From positions 682,001-746,000 of the forward strand of contig NC_043017.1 in NCBI RefSeq assembly GCF_006345805.1: a DNA stretch of 64,000 bases, in the 5' to 3' direction. Shown piece by piece: positions 13,063 to 29,289 of this stretch. The notes below the pieces were generated by a model that worked only from the letters and a program-made list of their open reading frames with translations, was not told where the DNA came from and searched no databases. Both the position numbers and the translations under genes were made by a program. Each line of letters begins with the position of its first letter. Within the stretch, counting starts at the first letter, position 1. This DNA comes from Octopus sinensis. Its lineage: Eukaryota.

Positions 13063-13248
13063 TTTGAGAAACGAAATTGCAGAGTCTCTAAAGCACTGAA
13101 AAATGTGCTCCATCTACCATGTACTTGTGTCATCTCGTCTTCTCGCGTCTTACGTTTCATCCATATCGATTTGTTTCATAATCACTCCACTATCACTTCG
13201 GAATATCACCGCGGTAAATTGGTGAATCTCTTTCGGTTAGGGATTTAT
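13063..13248 (+). CDS. Candidate internal exon, unknown product
   Basis: Strong acceptor ttttttttcattcagttttcag and donor TAT/gtaagt, 186 nt, open only in phase 0 (FEKRNCRVSKALKNVLHLP...LFRLGIY). No recognisable domain. Confidence 0.25.
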
Positions 13249-13325
13249 GTAAGTATTGTGTACATACTCTCTTATTGGCATCTCTTTCACTCCCTCCAAC
13301 TGTCTCCCTCTGCCCTCTCTCTCTC

Positions 13326-13374
<49 letters not shown>

Positions 13375-13781
13375 TGTAATCATATCAAATTTAAATCTAT
13401 TCCTCATGTGTCCCGGGTGGGCAAAATATTACATTGCAAAACTGTGGAGCCTGATATGCATGAATGGTCGTATTGTCACGGCTGCAACGCTTTTCATCAA
13501 ATGTCTGCTCGATTACGGCTGTCCTCAATCTAAACAACAATAGCAATACTAGCAACTATACTGCTTCTAATGTGAAACCATTATTATTTTATATTGTGTT
13601 TCCTTTTGCCTGTTGGAAAAATCTTATGTCGTAAAAGTTGCTGCTGTTGTGTAGCCACAGGTCAACCCACTCGAGACCTGTCTATGATAAAAGGCATTTA
13701 ATTGTCTTCTCTTCCTTCCATTCTCTCTAAACATAGTAAGCATAATATAACTTACGTTTGCCACACATTTTTATTAATTTC

Positions 13782-14060
13782 ACGGTCTAGTGGTTAGGGT
13801 GTTGCACTAACGATTATAAAAACATCGTTTCAATTCCAGTGTTGGGCGACGCATCGTGTTCTTGAGCAGATCAATTCATTATGGATGGTCCAGTTCACTC
13901 AGCTGTAAATGATTTCCGGCTTTTGCAGGAGAATTAACCCTGCAACCGATGGTCTCCCGTTCAGAGGCGGGTAGAGCTGTACATTTTCATTACTTATACG
14001 CCACTTGACCGAGTAAAGAAACTCTCTTATGAGTCCTCTGGCTCACAAGCGATCTAAGTC
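13782..14060 (+). mobile_element. Old tRNA-derived SINE with core-like central domain
   Basis: A box ggtctagtggttaggg, degenerate B box gtttcaattcc, then gtccagttcactcagctgtaaatg. Related to 182-300 and 48541-48680. Confidence 0.6.
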
Positions 14061-14782
14061 TTAGTTAATAGATGATTAGAGTATTAGATGATGATGTTCA
14101 CATGTGGTTAACATTCCTAGTGGCTCAGGCAATTACCATTCACCTTGGGGCAGTACAATAAAATACCTCAAAATATCTTCTACCCGATTCTTATCCACGC
14201 ACTCCCTAATTCTCCTTCCTTCCGCCATCAAACACACACACCACCAACAATTATTATTGTATTGTACTTCTTAAATTAAACCCAATGTGTTTTTTTTATA
14301 TTCTACTGGTCCTTAAATGTGACCTGTTTGCATGGAGCCTGCATGTTTGTAGAGGTAGATTAGCATAAACACTTTTTTTAATTCAAAATAATATTAATTC
14401 TTCAGAGCACGTAAGTATTTTTCAGTAACATATACACACACACATAAAAAGAAGAATAAAAAAAAACAAATGGTGACAGTCTACATTGAAACGTAAAGAA
14501 AGGTAATTTATTCAAAGCTAAGACTTCTTCTATTGATGTTAGTTTCCTTTTCTTTTGTTTTCTCTTTTTATCTCCTTTCCACGATATTAATCACGGTTGA
14601 ACTAATTATAGCAATTACTTCGTTTATTAGTTTCTTTAGCCTCAATTTTGAACATTCTATCTCACAGCATATATTTCCTGACATTGCTCCATTAGTTTCT
14701 ATGCATGTATCTATACATATATCTGTGATGTGTGAGTGTATGTAGTATCTATGTATGCATGTATATATGTATGTATGTATGC

Positions 14783-14861
<79 letters not shown>

Positions 14862-15251
14862 GTTGTGATCTCGCAAATTCAGCAGAACATGTGGTTATTC
14901 CATGTTTTTGTGTTTTTGTGTTCGGAAGCTACAGTATTTCTCTTTATCAAAAGCTTTAATAGTTGTGAGGCAAATAACAAATTGTTATTGTTTTCTCCAT
15001 CTTCTGATTCCTCCTCCGTCTATGTTAAAATTATTACTATTATTAACATTATTATTATTATCATTACTGTTATTATTCTTATCATCATCATCATTACTAT
15101 TGTAGTCGTTGTGTTTGTTCTTATAGGGGTTCGTCTGTTACGCGATGACGTGGCTAATGAACCACTGACGCGGACCTAAAAGTGCCACTAATCCTGGTAA
15201 TGAACGGTTTAATAACAAGACGAGCGAGCTGTTGTATTTAAACGTTGTATT

Positions 15252-15309
<58 letters not shown>

Positions 15310-15981
15310 CTTAACGACTACGATGTACAGAACTCTTCCAATCGCTAACAAAAGTACATGTTACTCTACAAAGAAGCACGTACACAATTACACATACACT
15401 AATTGCATGGACACACATATATACACAGAACGTACACATATACATGCAATGAACTGATTGTGTCAGTAACAATTCAGTTTAGATTTTCAATACTTTCAGA
15501 AATCCCATTCACACACATTTAACATTGATTCTTCTCAATCATGCAAGAACACATTACGTCACTAGAATCATTATATATGTATACATAAATATATACATTC
15601 TTCTCTCTCCCTCTCAGTCCCCCCTCTCTCTCTAATATATATATATATAATATAACATAGAAATAGTTAATACATATATATATAACTGACACACACACAC
15701 ATATATCTATAAACACATAGTCATATATATATATTATATTATATTCCTCAGAGAACTTTAATAAACACGGCATTATGTAAAATAAAAACTTTCCTTTCTG
15801 CCACTTATAATACAGTGCAATTACGTGTCAGTCGAATGTGGTATACAAAGAATATTTAAATTTCGTAGGATTCACACTTCACAGTTATTTAGTAGTGTTC
15901 CAGGCATTCTTGAGAATACTATATCTCTAACTATCATATAATATATTACATATACTTACATACACACACACTCACACACGC

Positions 15982-16033
<52 letters not shown>

Positions 16034-16034
16034 G

Positions 16035-16071
<37 letters not shown>

Positions 16072-17012
16072 GTGCATATATAGATATACATAAACGGATT
16101 TGAGGTGGTATTACATTAAGACAGCATCATACTGCATACACATTGTCCATATGGCAATGCAACATTTCTCCTGAAAGGAGACTTTTTATGGACGTGCTGT
16201 GTTAAAAAACAAAACAATTATCGAAAGGGGGTGAAAAATCGTCCCTAATAACATGAAATGTCTTGATTAAACATAGAGTAATATAATTATAATTCAGATA
16301 TGGTTTTATATGTTTGGAGCAGTTTGTCAGGAGTACTTCTTCCTAGTATTCTCAGCTGGTCGTGTTGATGTATGCGGCAGAGGTGCTGACGGAGTGAACG
16401 GCCAATTTTCGATAGTCGCAATAATATTCAGCAATATATTAGAATGAGATAGATGTTTTATTACAGAGAGAATATCAAATAGGTAATAAAAAATAATTTT
16501 TAGTCCTCATTGATAGATTAGTCAATATCATCATGTTAAAAACTAGGATAATTTCTAAATTTGATTAACGGTAGAATTTATTTAGAATATAAACACACAT
16601 TAATATTGCAAGTGAATGTAAATATGTCGCTTACAAAAACAGAAAAATGTATTAAAATTAAATTTCGGTTACGCCATGGTTGTTTTAGATTCTGGAATAA
16701 ATTATATTTATTATTCATTTCAAATATTGAATATCATATATACATATGTATGCATGTACTGTCCGTCTGTATGTATATGTGTGTTTGTTTATATGCATAT
16801 ATGTATGCAGGTTATATATATACGTATATATATATATATATAAATTCCTTTTTATGTTTAAAAAATCTATCCTGTTCACACCAATTCTCGCCACCAAATG
16901 TGTTCGTGAGTAAAAGTGATTATTTTTTTATGCTTCATGTTGTACAAAAATCTGTATACATACATGCATACATACGTATATGTAAATATATATGCATATA
17001 TACACATATCTG

Positions 17013-17083
<71 letters not shown>

Positions 17084-17818
17084 CCCGTGTATGCATGTTA
17101 ATAAATATTTACCTCTACATGTATATACATACAGACATGTAAACATACATATATAAACATTTACATATTCGTTATTTACTAAGACCAATTTCTAAGACTA
17201 TCAGAGAAAATTTAACCTAAATTTTAGTTACGATGTTTTCCAGAAAATATACACAGAAGGCTACAATGAAGATACAAGTGATGAAGGAATATTTTCCCAG
17301 ATCCGAATAAATTTTCTATAATTGTTTCTCTCTGGTAAAAATTCAGTCTGGTCATATCTAGCTTAGATACCAAATACGTTAATATTGTACGCGTAGTAAC
17401 TATAATATAGCCATTCATCAAAATGTCTAGATACGTATACCGTTAATTTTTCTATAATTCACTTCTTCATTCTTTCCAACCTCTCTCTTTGTCTCCCACC
17501 CGTTTTTGGCATATACATACATATCTGTGCTTGTGAGTGTGTGTATATGTGTATGTGTGTGTGTGTGTGTGTGTGAGCGCGCTCTTCCTGGGGACTAGTG
17601 TGTGTTTCCCTCAACATTATCACTTTCCGTGCTAATTCATCATATCAACACGTTTTCTTCGTAGCAATAAATATATTTTATTTAGTGTTCAAAATAAGAC
17701 AGATGCATAATTGTTCTGAAATTTGAAATAAGTTCGGATATCATATACCAAACAACTTACTGACATTTACTGTTGTAAGTGAGTGAAACATTGTGTTACA
17801 TTAATTATTCTCGAGGCG

Positions 17819-17947
17819 TCAATGTGTTTGTCTCTTTTCTGGCATAAAATCCATCCAAATTTTCAAATGTTTCTCAGGATCTTTGCCAAGATACTCCCTA
17901 AGTATATAATCGGACTCTGGTCTGTATTTAAATAGATCTGAATACGT
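17819..17947 (-). CDS. Candidate terminal exon or fossil coding fragment, unknown product
   Basis: cctag acceptor followed by TYSDLFKYRPESDYILREYLGKDPEKHLKIWMDFMPEKRQTH-stop. Composition is protein-like but no homology is recognised. Confidence 0.2.
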   Translation of the reverse strand, partial: TYSDLFKYRPESDYILREYLGKDPEKHLKIWMDFMPEKRQTH

Positions 17948-18538
17948 CTAGGCTGCACGAGTTAAACGACAGCATAGTTGCTTATTATTATTATTATGAT
18001 TATTATTATTATTAATATTATTGTTATTATGATTATTACTTCTTTTCGATGAAACCCTGCAGAGGTTAGCAATACTGTTCGTCACTGAAGAGAATATATC
18101 GGAATATATTAGAAACACACATGGACTATTAATAATATTAATACATCGCATATTCTTTAAAACATTCGTGGCATTCTTCCAGTTTAGAACTTCGTTTTAT
18201 TATTTTAGAATTATAGTTAGCATAATGGAAAATTCCATTATTATTATAATCTGTTTTTATTATTTTTAATACTATTATTTAAAATTATTAATTTGAAATT
18301 TCTAAACCATCCATAAGGTAAAAAAACATAAAAAAACCTCAAAATGAATTTTCTCAAACCGAAATACTTATTTCTAAGTGTTACTTACTAGAGTGTGTGT
18401 ATGATTTTTATGCTTGTGTGTATGTTTTTAAGCATTATACATACATTATGTAAATGCATATATGTATATAACTACGTATGACCACTTTGTTGTACTAAAT
18501 TTCTCTTCTTATTAGTCGCCGTATTGGAATGCAAACTC

Positions 18539-18605
<67 letters not shown>

Positions 18606-20664
18606 TTTTGTACTCGCAGAGAAATGTGTGTTTGTGCGGGATTTCATGCGTGAATATAGGTGCTTTACGTGGATTTCACCTTTTCTCAAGCTAACAATCA
18701 AACAATATTACATAATTATATATTTAAACAACTACGGAATCCTTTGGGCAAATGTATGTTCCAGTTTAGCTTAGTGAAATATCGTATAATGAATATCATA
18801 TTTTGCCTTCGATCTGTTTACAATCAGTTATATATATATATATTTGCTTCTACTTCAATGCAGACGTTAATAAAACTGAATATTTTATAGTAAAACCGTA
18901 AGATAGTAGAACCTTAATATTCGTACATTTTCAAAGAATTCTGAAAATGAGACAAATATTAGCATAAATATGTTCCAGAATTTTTGAAGGAATATTTTCG
19001 GTTACGAGAGGCCAATTTATTAAAATTAATCAAACAATTTACCTGATATATTTTTCTAAAAATTAATAAAAAACATTTTTCACATATATAAATATGTCAA
19101 TGAAATTTAAAATTTATTCAATTTTAGTAAGATGTTATGGATTTCAATTGCATAAGAAATAACGAAATAATTTTCTATTCCTAACGCAAGATATTTTAAT
19201 AGGCAGTGAAAAACAATTTACTGTATGAGTGAATCAAAAGATAAATACGAGAAAGGAGTAAAGAAACAAAGACATAAGGTAAGATGAGAATAAACCATTG
19301 TCTAATATGGAGACAATATCGGACAATTTGATTGAATGGGGTTAATTAAATGGGTAAATAGTTAAAACGAGCTTCAAAATAAACAGAGGGCAAGAAGTTA
19401 AACCACAGACCCTATTGAAAATTAATGGAGATGGAAGTATTTAGTACATACATAAATAGAATTATCTAAATGTATCAGACAAGAGGTAGAGATTTTGGCC
19501 GAGTATGACCTAAACAAGAGGGCGAAATGGAGACAGAATGTCATAGTTTGGTCTGTGAGAATGAAAGACATTAAAAAGTCAAGGATATATATCTTCCCAG
19601 ATAGATGGAAAGATAGATAGATAGATAGTGAGAGAGAGAAAGAAAGAATGAGAGGGAGAGGGAGAGAGAGAGAGACTGAATGAAACGCTTGAAGCTCTAC
19701 TTGCAAAATTTCTTAGTTTGAAGTATTAAAAACCAGAATAAATGGAGTGCATATGTGTGTCTATATTATTTTAAATGGAGATTATGGAGATATACGTATA
19801 CAGCACTGACTCACATAAACGTAAGTATGTAGTTACACACCCACATAGACACAATCACACACACACGTATGCATTGAGAGAGAGAGAGAGAGAGAGAAAG
19901 TAGATAGATTGGCAGATAACTAAATAAACTGATAAACCGATATGTCCTTCAGAAGTCAGACAACGATCTGATTAAAAGCGACGATAACGAATGCGACAGT
20001 AATAACGCGACATAAAAAGCGATCACGAAAGCAAAAGGAGCGCAATACAAACAATAAAACAACAGCAAAGTAAGAAAGAGACACCAGTTTGACGAGAGGA
20101 TGATATAAGATGAACGACAGAGAGGAACACTGTACAAGTGATGGAAGCGACAGAGAGAGAGAGAGAGAGAATTTGAATAAAATGAAGGACAGAGCGAAAG
20201 GAAGACAATGAAGCAGAGAGATAAAAACTATACGGGAATGTTGTATGTTTATGCTTGAATAGCCAACAGTTATGATGAATTAACTGTACACAGGAATGAG
20301 AAGAGAATATATTGAGTGAAACGAGGCAAGAAGGCTATCAAATATAAAGAAGCTACGGAAAGAGATGGACAAAAGAATCTTGAGTGTGGTGATGATGTGT
20401 TAAGTGAAATAAAATGAAGGATTAAGTACAATATGTCACGTGTGTCTTTTACATATTATCATACCAAATGAGTATATATATATATATATGTAATACAAAA
20501 ATAAGACAAAAAAACATCCAGATAGACGATACAAAGAAACCAAGGACGGGTCATTCGAAGTTTTTTCCTCAGTCGAGTACCACATTATCTCCGAAATTTC
20601 GGCTAATTATCCTCGAGATTGCTCATATACTCACACATATATATAAATATGTATATATATATAT

Positions 20665-20716
<52 letters not shown>

Positions 20717-22510
20717 GTGTGAACATCAGATACAGGAGTGTGTATTCCGATAAATCTCATGTATACACGCACGTGTATATATAGACAGATTTATATATCC
20801 ATACAGCCATATGGCTATATAGTTTGAAACCTGTTTCACCACAAGGTGACGTCAAGGTTATTAAAATTCATATATACCTGCACACGCCAAAACGCACACA
20901 CGCACATACGCACACAATCACACACACACAAAAACACATGCATTAACTCGTAGACACAGACATATACATAACCATGACATATATATATAGCGTAAAGTGA
21001 CAGAGAGCGCTAAGTTGCTATGGCGATAACCTCCAATAAATGCTTGATGTATCATAGTTATACTAGTATATATATCATATAAATAATCGTATATATATAT
21101 AAACTATATACCTCCATATATATATATTGTAATGAAACAAGTGAGTGTAGAGCAAGTGAACAATTTTTTATATAAAATATATAATCCGAATATCAAAATA
21201 TCTACATATATCGAAAAATGAATTGTTGCGTATTAGAAACTGCATAGTTATGTGAGCGTTTAGTGACGCTGATAGGGAATATATATATAAAGTATGCACG
21301 TATAGACGTACATATACGTGTACATGTATATATTCTGTATTAATGTATGCTTAATTATAGAAGGTCGTATGTTACTATGGTGATTAGGTTTATACATAGT
21401 TTGTCTCTATATCTTTGCGCATATACATATATTCCTGTACTACAAAGCTATTTCCGATTTAACACTCATATAACAAAAATATTGAGAGGGGTATAACATA
21501 TATACCCCTCAAAAATAATTACATAAAATACACACATATAACCCAATATACTTTTTTCGATATGTATATATATACACATTATTATAATAAAATGTTTATG
21601 TATATATAAATTAAAAACCTAACACACATTTAAATATGTATATATATATGCATATATATATATATATTTACATCTACAATGTTGTTTTGTATATATATTT
21701 GAGAGTCAATATCGTGAATTTAATATCGGTCGCCTACAGTGATCCCTACATGTTTTTCGACAAGCAACGGGTTATTTTTCGTCCTATCGATATATTTATC
21801 AATATTTATATCCATATCCATATATCTATATATATCTATATATCTCTATATATATATAACCATATATAAACAACTCGTTTGTTGTGTAGCTTTTTTGTAG
21901 GGCCTACCCAAAACCCAGAACGGTGGTTGGGTTATTCCACCTTTTGGTATAGGGGATACAGGCTATAAGTAGTAATTATAAAATAATATCATATGAAATA
22001 ATCAATGAACTGGAAAGCCCCATCTGAGATTTTTTTCTTTATGGCCACCATGTATGGTAGCCTCGTTCTCAAACGGTGGGGTGTTTCCAGCGATGAAAAG
22101 AGACGCTGGTTCTGTATTCCACTCATCTGAGATACAAACGTTTTCGACTAGTTTGAGTTTGGGGGCAAATATCAAACGGTCTAATTCGTATGTTATTCTC
22201 AGGAACACGGCCAGGAACGTGGTGTGAATACACACATAAACATACACCAAAATAAAAAAAAAAATGAAACGAAAACCAAACAGATCTTTACAACTCCCGT
22301 ATATATATATACATGCAGACATAAAAACAACCAAAACAAATTACTGAAATTTATGAAATAAAACACAACAAAAGATTGCTAGTCATCCGTACACACATTG
22401 CCATCGACACACAGAACTTTACACATATGTAAAGGTACACGAAAGTTCATATGGATATATAAAATACACACTCCTTATTAATGTATTATAAATACATATA
22501 TGTATGTTCA

Positions 22511-22580
<70 letters not shown>

Positions 22581-23221
22581 ATAGAAATATACATACATGC
22601 ATACATATATATATATATACATATACGTTATGTTATCGGTACGTAAGACACGCGAATGCATCCTTTTAGTCTCAATTAGAAGGAATTGTTTGAATCCATC
22701 AAGCACAAGGAAAATAGTTACTATAATTCTGCACTAACATACATACATTAGATATATACATACATACATATACGCACACACACGCACATACCCACATACG
22801 CATAGGCGTACACGTATACATGATATATATATTGATGTATCGTGGTGCAGAAAGAGAGAACAATTGTACGTGAAAAATATTTTGAATGTTACAAGCGACA
22901 AAAGTTTACATGAATATCAATAAAGAAAAGCGAAATCTCGCATGTAGTTGAAGTGCAAACATTTTGAACGACTGTAAAAGATCGATAAACATAGGAACAG
23001 AAATGCAATATTGAAATTAGAAATAACATAACAGCCGTAGTAATTAATTGATGGTAATATGGTCTATGTCTCAGCAGACCCAGGACGACAAGAAAATTTA
23101 ACACTATATATGTATTATGATGGTGAAAAGAACGAAATATATATGCATATACATACATAGATACATACACACACACATACATACATACATACATACATAC
23201 ATACATACATACATACATACA

Positions 23222-23275
<54 letters not shown>

Positions 23276-24515
23276 TATGTAAAGCAAGGGTAAACGAACT
23301 CGTTCTGATGGTATAAGAATGGCACCCACGTAATATTTAATTTAACAGAGAGTCATTGTTGACTTATCTGTCTCGGTTTCATGAAGAATAACAAATAAGT
23401 GAATGAATGAATAAATAAATAAATATACAAATGAATACATAATCGATGTTGAATATCGAAGAATAATCGATACGTCAGTTCGAAGATTGAAAAAAGTATT
23501 ATTGTATATTTGCTCGACACAAACGAAATCGCTGGAAGCAAAGATACCCGAAAGCGTCAAGAGGCGGATGAAATGATTCGTAGCTAGAGTTATGGGTAAG
23601 AAATTGTGTATGTGAGTTCATCGAAATGTGTAAGAATGACAGATACACACAGACTCATACAACCACACACATCCTAATACAGCTACACTCTCGTATTCAT
23701 GCACAATTATTTATGCATATCTACATAGTCACGCTTATCACGCATGCAATTATGTAATACAAGGTCACGATTACGAGATCGAATGAAGCAAATTAAAACG
23801 AAACAAAATATAGAATGCAGGAGAAGATACATAGAAACAAAGATAGATTATCAACTAACTCATATAAAAGCATTAAAGAAAGAAAGAAAGAACGAATGAA
23901 AGAAAGATAAAAAGAAAAAAGCATATGAAGTATTATGTTGTTCTAAGATTAATTATAAATTCGAACCACGGAAGGAATGTCATTGGAATGTGATCAAATA
24001 CGAGCGCATTAGGAATTTTAAATGGCTGTTTACAAAGGAAAATAAACGCTCATAATCAGGCACACACAGAAACAGGCCCGCTCGTACAATGAGAGCTGCT
24101 CACATGCATACACTTAGAAATATAACATCACGTATAGAATATATATATATATATCTGCATGTATGTGTTTGTGTGTGTGTATATACACATGTCTGTATGC
24201 AGTGAGGTTGCGGTGAAGATTGTGATTTTAGCGTAGAATTATACGTTACGTGATGAACATTGGTGAAATAAAAGAAAACAACGATAATTCGATAAGGAAA
24301 AGAATCAATCAGAAATAAATATAAACCTGATAACACTCATACAGAAACGCACCTTTACATAAATATATAAATGTGTGTATGTTTGTGTGTGTGTGTGTGT
24401 GTGTGGTGTGTGTGTGTGTGTGTGTGTGTGCCTGTGTGTGTTTTGTAGGTGCGTATGTATGCATTTGCACCGAATCTCGCAGAACGAGAGAGATTTCATC
24501 TAGACGAGAGAAATG

Positions 24516-24547
<32 letters not shown>

Positions 24548-24604
24548 GTATGTATGTATGTATGTATGTATGTATGTATGTATGTATGTATCTATCTATC
24601 TATG

Positions 24605-24690
<86 letters not shown>

Positions 24691-24782
24691 CTGTGTGTTG
24701 TTATATATATATCTTACACACATAGAGATGTCATTTCATGATATCAGAAAAAGTAGTACAACGATGTTGTGCAGTGTTGAAA

Positions 24783-24829
<47 letters not shown>

Positions 24830-24859
24830 CATACATACATACATACTACATACATATAC

Positions 24860-24917
<58 letters not shown>

Positions 24918-26048
24918 GCATATATACATATATGTATGAATATGTAGGTATTTCTAAATTTAGCATTACTATTTCATTGCGAATTTTTCAAAACAATTCT
25001 CGATCGATCTCTGCAACATAAATGGATTATGTAAATGCTGATAATTATGAACGCAAATTCAGACACACACACACACGCACACACACACACAGAAGCAATC
25101 ACATATATATACATATGCATGTCTCATTGCCAGCGTCTATAACTAAAGGGCTACGAGTGTTTTCGTAAATATCTGGGAACATTAAGAGAGATGTTGCAGG
25201 TTTTCACGTGAAATCCAAAATGGCGCCAAAATTTCACGTATCTTCTGCAACAGGAATGATAGACGCGAAGTGAATGGGCGTTATCGTCGACAAGCGTGAA
25301 GCCATACGAAGAAATACACAGAGACTAACCCATACGCACACATACGCAAAAACTGCATTAAACTACACCGAGACCTCAATGAAAATAACATCTTAACTTA
25401 TATATCTGCATATACATATATTAGATTAATGGTGAGGTTCTTAAATTTATTAGTTATAAAAATGAGCAATCTTTTCCTCATGGAAGAAGTAAATAGATCT
25501 GTAATTTTCACAGCGATTGCTTTTAGAAGCTATGTAGGCGAAAGTTAAAGAATCATACAACATAATATACGTACTATATAATTGTTTGTATGTTCACATC
25601 TATCAACGCCTCTCTCTCTCTCTATATATAAATTTATCTATCTGCCTACAAATTTTTTGTAGCTATATCTATATCTATATATAGACACTTTTACTGTCGA
25701 AATAAATCTAGTAACAGAGAAAATTGAACAAAAACAAAAATTACAAACTTAATATGTTGCATGATATCACGTGTTTGCAATTCAATCATATCTAGTTGGA
25801 ATTTGAAGACAATAATTCTATTTGGAATTCCAACAGATCACATCGGAACGCGTGAGGTGTTCCGCAGTGTGCTGCAGAGATCTTGCAGAGATAGAAATAG
25901 TAAGACAAAAGGAATTGTGAGATGAATATTAAAAGACTTTTATCCACTTAATACAAACCCGATTACTTTCACTAAGATTTGTAAAGCTTACATCCGCCTA
26001 TAGTTCGGACTCTCCACAAAACATACACACAACACAATCACATATAAA

Positions 26049-26122
<74 letters not shown>

Positions 26123-26175
26123 CTCCATATGTGCACAAATATATTTTTATCCATTCATGCGTAGGATTGAATGTG

Positions 26176-26221
<46 letters not shown>

Positions 26222-26749
26222 TATATATGTGAGGCGGGCGTGTATACAAAATGTTTAAATATATATTATTTAATGTCAATATGAATTTAGACTCGAAGAA
26301 TAAATGTTGCTTTGCATTCGGAGAAAATATCACTTTTAAAATATATGTAAAACGTTTCTTTGTATTTTATATGCATGTATACATGTACACATGTATGTAT
26401 ATATGTATGTATATATGTATGTATATATGTATGTATGTATGCATATATGTATGCACGCATGTATGATTGCATGTAAGTACGCATGTATGCATAAATGTGT
26501 GTACGCATGTATGCATGTATGTACGTGTGTAAGTATGTGTGTATATGTATAAGTAAGTAACGGTATATCGATCGACTGAGCTATCTACATTTTTCATTAT
26601 AATATCGATTAATCAACTTATCTATGGAATTTTATCTCATTCTTGCAATTATCTTTTCCCTTCTATAGATCTTACCACCTACCTCTTCCTGTACATATCT
26701 ATAACTCGATGTTTGCATGCAACATATGTATACACATATGTAAGCATAT

Positions 26750-26802
<53 letters not shown>

Positions 26803-28215
26803 GTGTGTGCATGTGTGCGCGTGTGTATATACAGATATAAGTGTACCCGTATCTTTGTATATTTGGCCACGTGGTGACGTACGCTTGCATATACTTATCT
26901 ACAAATGCATGTCAGTATTTAAGACTGATTGTCTATTATGCATGTGTATACGTATGTAGGTTCCTTATCTGTTGCTATCGTATCTACCTCATTATTAGTA
27001 AACCGTAAAACATCAGCCAAAAATTATCAGTACATCTAATTCCTCGAGACAATGCTAAAACAAAGATTAAATGAAATAAACTGAAATATTACTTTCAAAC
27101 AAGATATTCCTCACTTGTTTACAAGTCTATTTTTCTACAGAACGCTCCAAAACATACATGCACATACAGAAATACACACTCACACACACCAATACACACA
27201 AGGACACACAAATATATATATATATATACATATAAAGATATATATATATAAATATTTACACAGATGTATATGAATGCATTTAAGTATGGATATATATATA
27301 TATACATACATTTGCTTCGTTCTTTTCTGAGTTTTCATTTAAAGAGATATTATCGTTGTCGCTAGGCAATTTTCTTAACGGAATGTAATTATGAAGGTAA
27401 CTATTTAATAATTAAATCTTCGTCTAAACTGTGATCACCTTTGCAGTAAACTTTTTCTTCTTGTAATTGTGATTTTCCAATTTAAAATTTCTTGTTATAT
27501 TCTTTGGTTTAGCTTTAAACTTTAGGTTTTTGCTCTTTCGTCAGTCTTGCTAAAATATTTTCCTTATATTGCATATGTAAAACCGCCATCAATACATATG
27601 TATGTTTATAAATGTATCCATTTATAAATAAAAATCTATCTATCTATCTATCTATCTATCTATTTATTTATTTATCTATCTATCTATCTATGTATCTATC
27701 TATCAATCAATCTATATATATATATATATATATTTATCTATATATCTATCTATGTATCTATATATCAGTCTATCTATTTATCTACCTATATACATACACA
27801 CTCACGGGCATATATGTACATATATATGTTTTGTGTGTGACTGTTCATATTCAAATGGATTTCCAGTTACTGTATAGATAATTTTCTTTAAATGTTGCGT
27901 AACGTTTAATGCTACAAATATTCCACTCCCAACAAAGAGAACACCATTTTATAATCAAAATCTGAAAGACTAAAAACATGCTGATGCCATTAAAAAAAAA
28001 ACATGGTGAGAAAATTTGGCTTTCATCTGTTCTAATTTCCAATAAAATACAGAAAGAGAACTGAGAAAAATTTCAGATAAATTAGAAACCTCACAAACGA
28101 CAACTAGCTATAAAGAATAAACCAGGGAATTAAAAAGAAATCAAGACAAGCAAGAATAGCGAACAGCTTACACTGAAATGTCTTGAAGAACTGAGACTTG
28201 TGAAATAATGATTTG

Positions 28216-28314
<99 letters not shown>

Positions 28315-29179
28315 CATATATATACACACCCACATATATATATAAATATATGTAAATATATATACATATATAAACATATATATATATATATATATCCATG
28401 CGTATGTATATGTATATATATCTATATGTATCCAAATATATACCTATATACGTACATACGTACATGTGTATATGGTATATTTGTGGCTAGGTTTATATGT
28501 ACTACATCTTATATGATGTCAAATAACTATGAGAACTAGACAAGGAAGTGAAGGAGAAAAAATAGGAAAGAGAGGAAAATGGAGATGAAGTCTATGAGCA
28601 AGCCATTAATATCAATCAATCGTATGAAAATATCTCAATAAATTTTAAATACTTGACTGGGAAACCGGAAAAAATAACACAACCGTATTTAAAACAACAA
28701 CAGAACCATATCAAAAACAACAGCAACAATAACACTGACGGTAACAATATTCCTGAAACGACTAGCAAATAAACGAAAAACAACAACAAAAAAATAAATA
28801 AAAAACACAAAAAGGAAACAGTAATATCTACTCATAATTTCTTCTCGATAGTTAGAGAGATAGGAAGAAAGGAAAAGAGAAAATTCTTATCAAATATATT
28901 TAGGAATAACAAGAAAAAAATATGTTGTAAGGCCAATGATGGATGTTCATGACACCGACATATACTACTACTACTACTACTACTACCACCAGTAATAATA
29001 ATGATAATAATAATAACGGATATAACGCTTGATGATATTACTACTAATGGTTACTCCTATTAGGAATCATGTTGTTGCTTGAAGATGAGAATAGTGATGA
29101 TATTACGTAAGTTTATCAATTTAGGAAACAAAGGATTGTCCCTATGAAATACGAGACGAAGACCCAAGACACTACTACT

Positions 29180-29210
<31 letters not shown>

Positions 29211-29252
29211 CTACTATTTTTACTGCTACTATATGCATAAGTAGTAGTAGTA

Positions 29253-29289
<37 letters not shown>

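Noticed and set aside
22002-22334. 110-aa minus ORF with a protein-like middle (DEWNTEPASLFIAGNTPPFENEATIHG)
   Set aside because: No recognisable domain, alternative frames are equally open, and the start lies in low-complexity sequence. Left uncalled.
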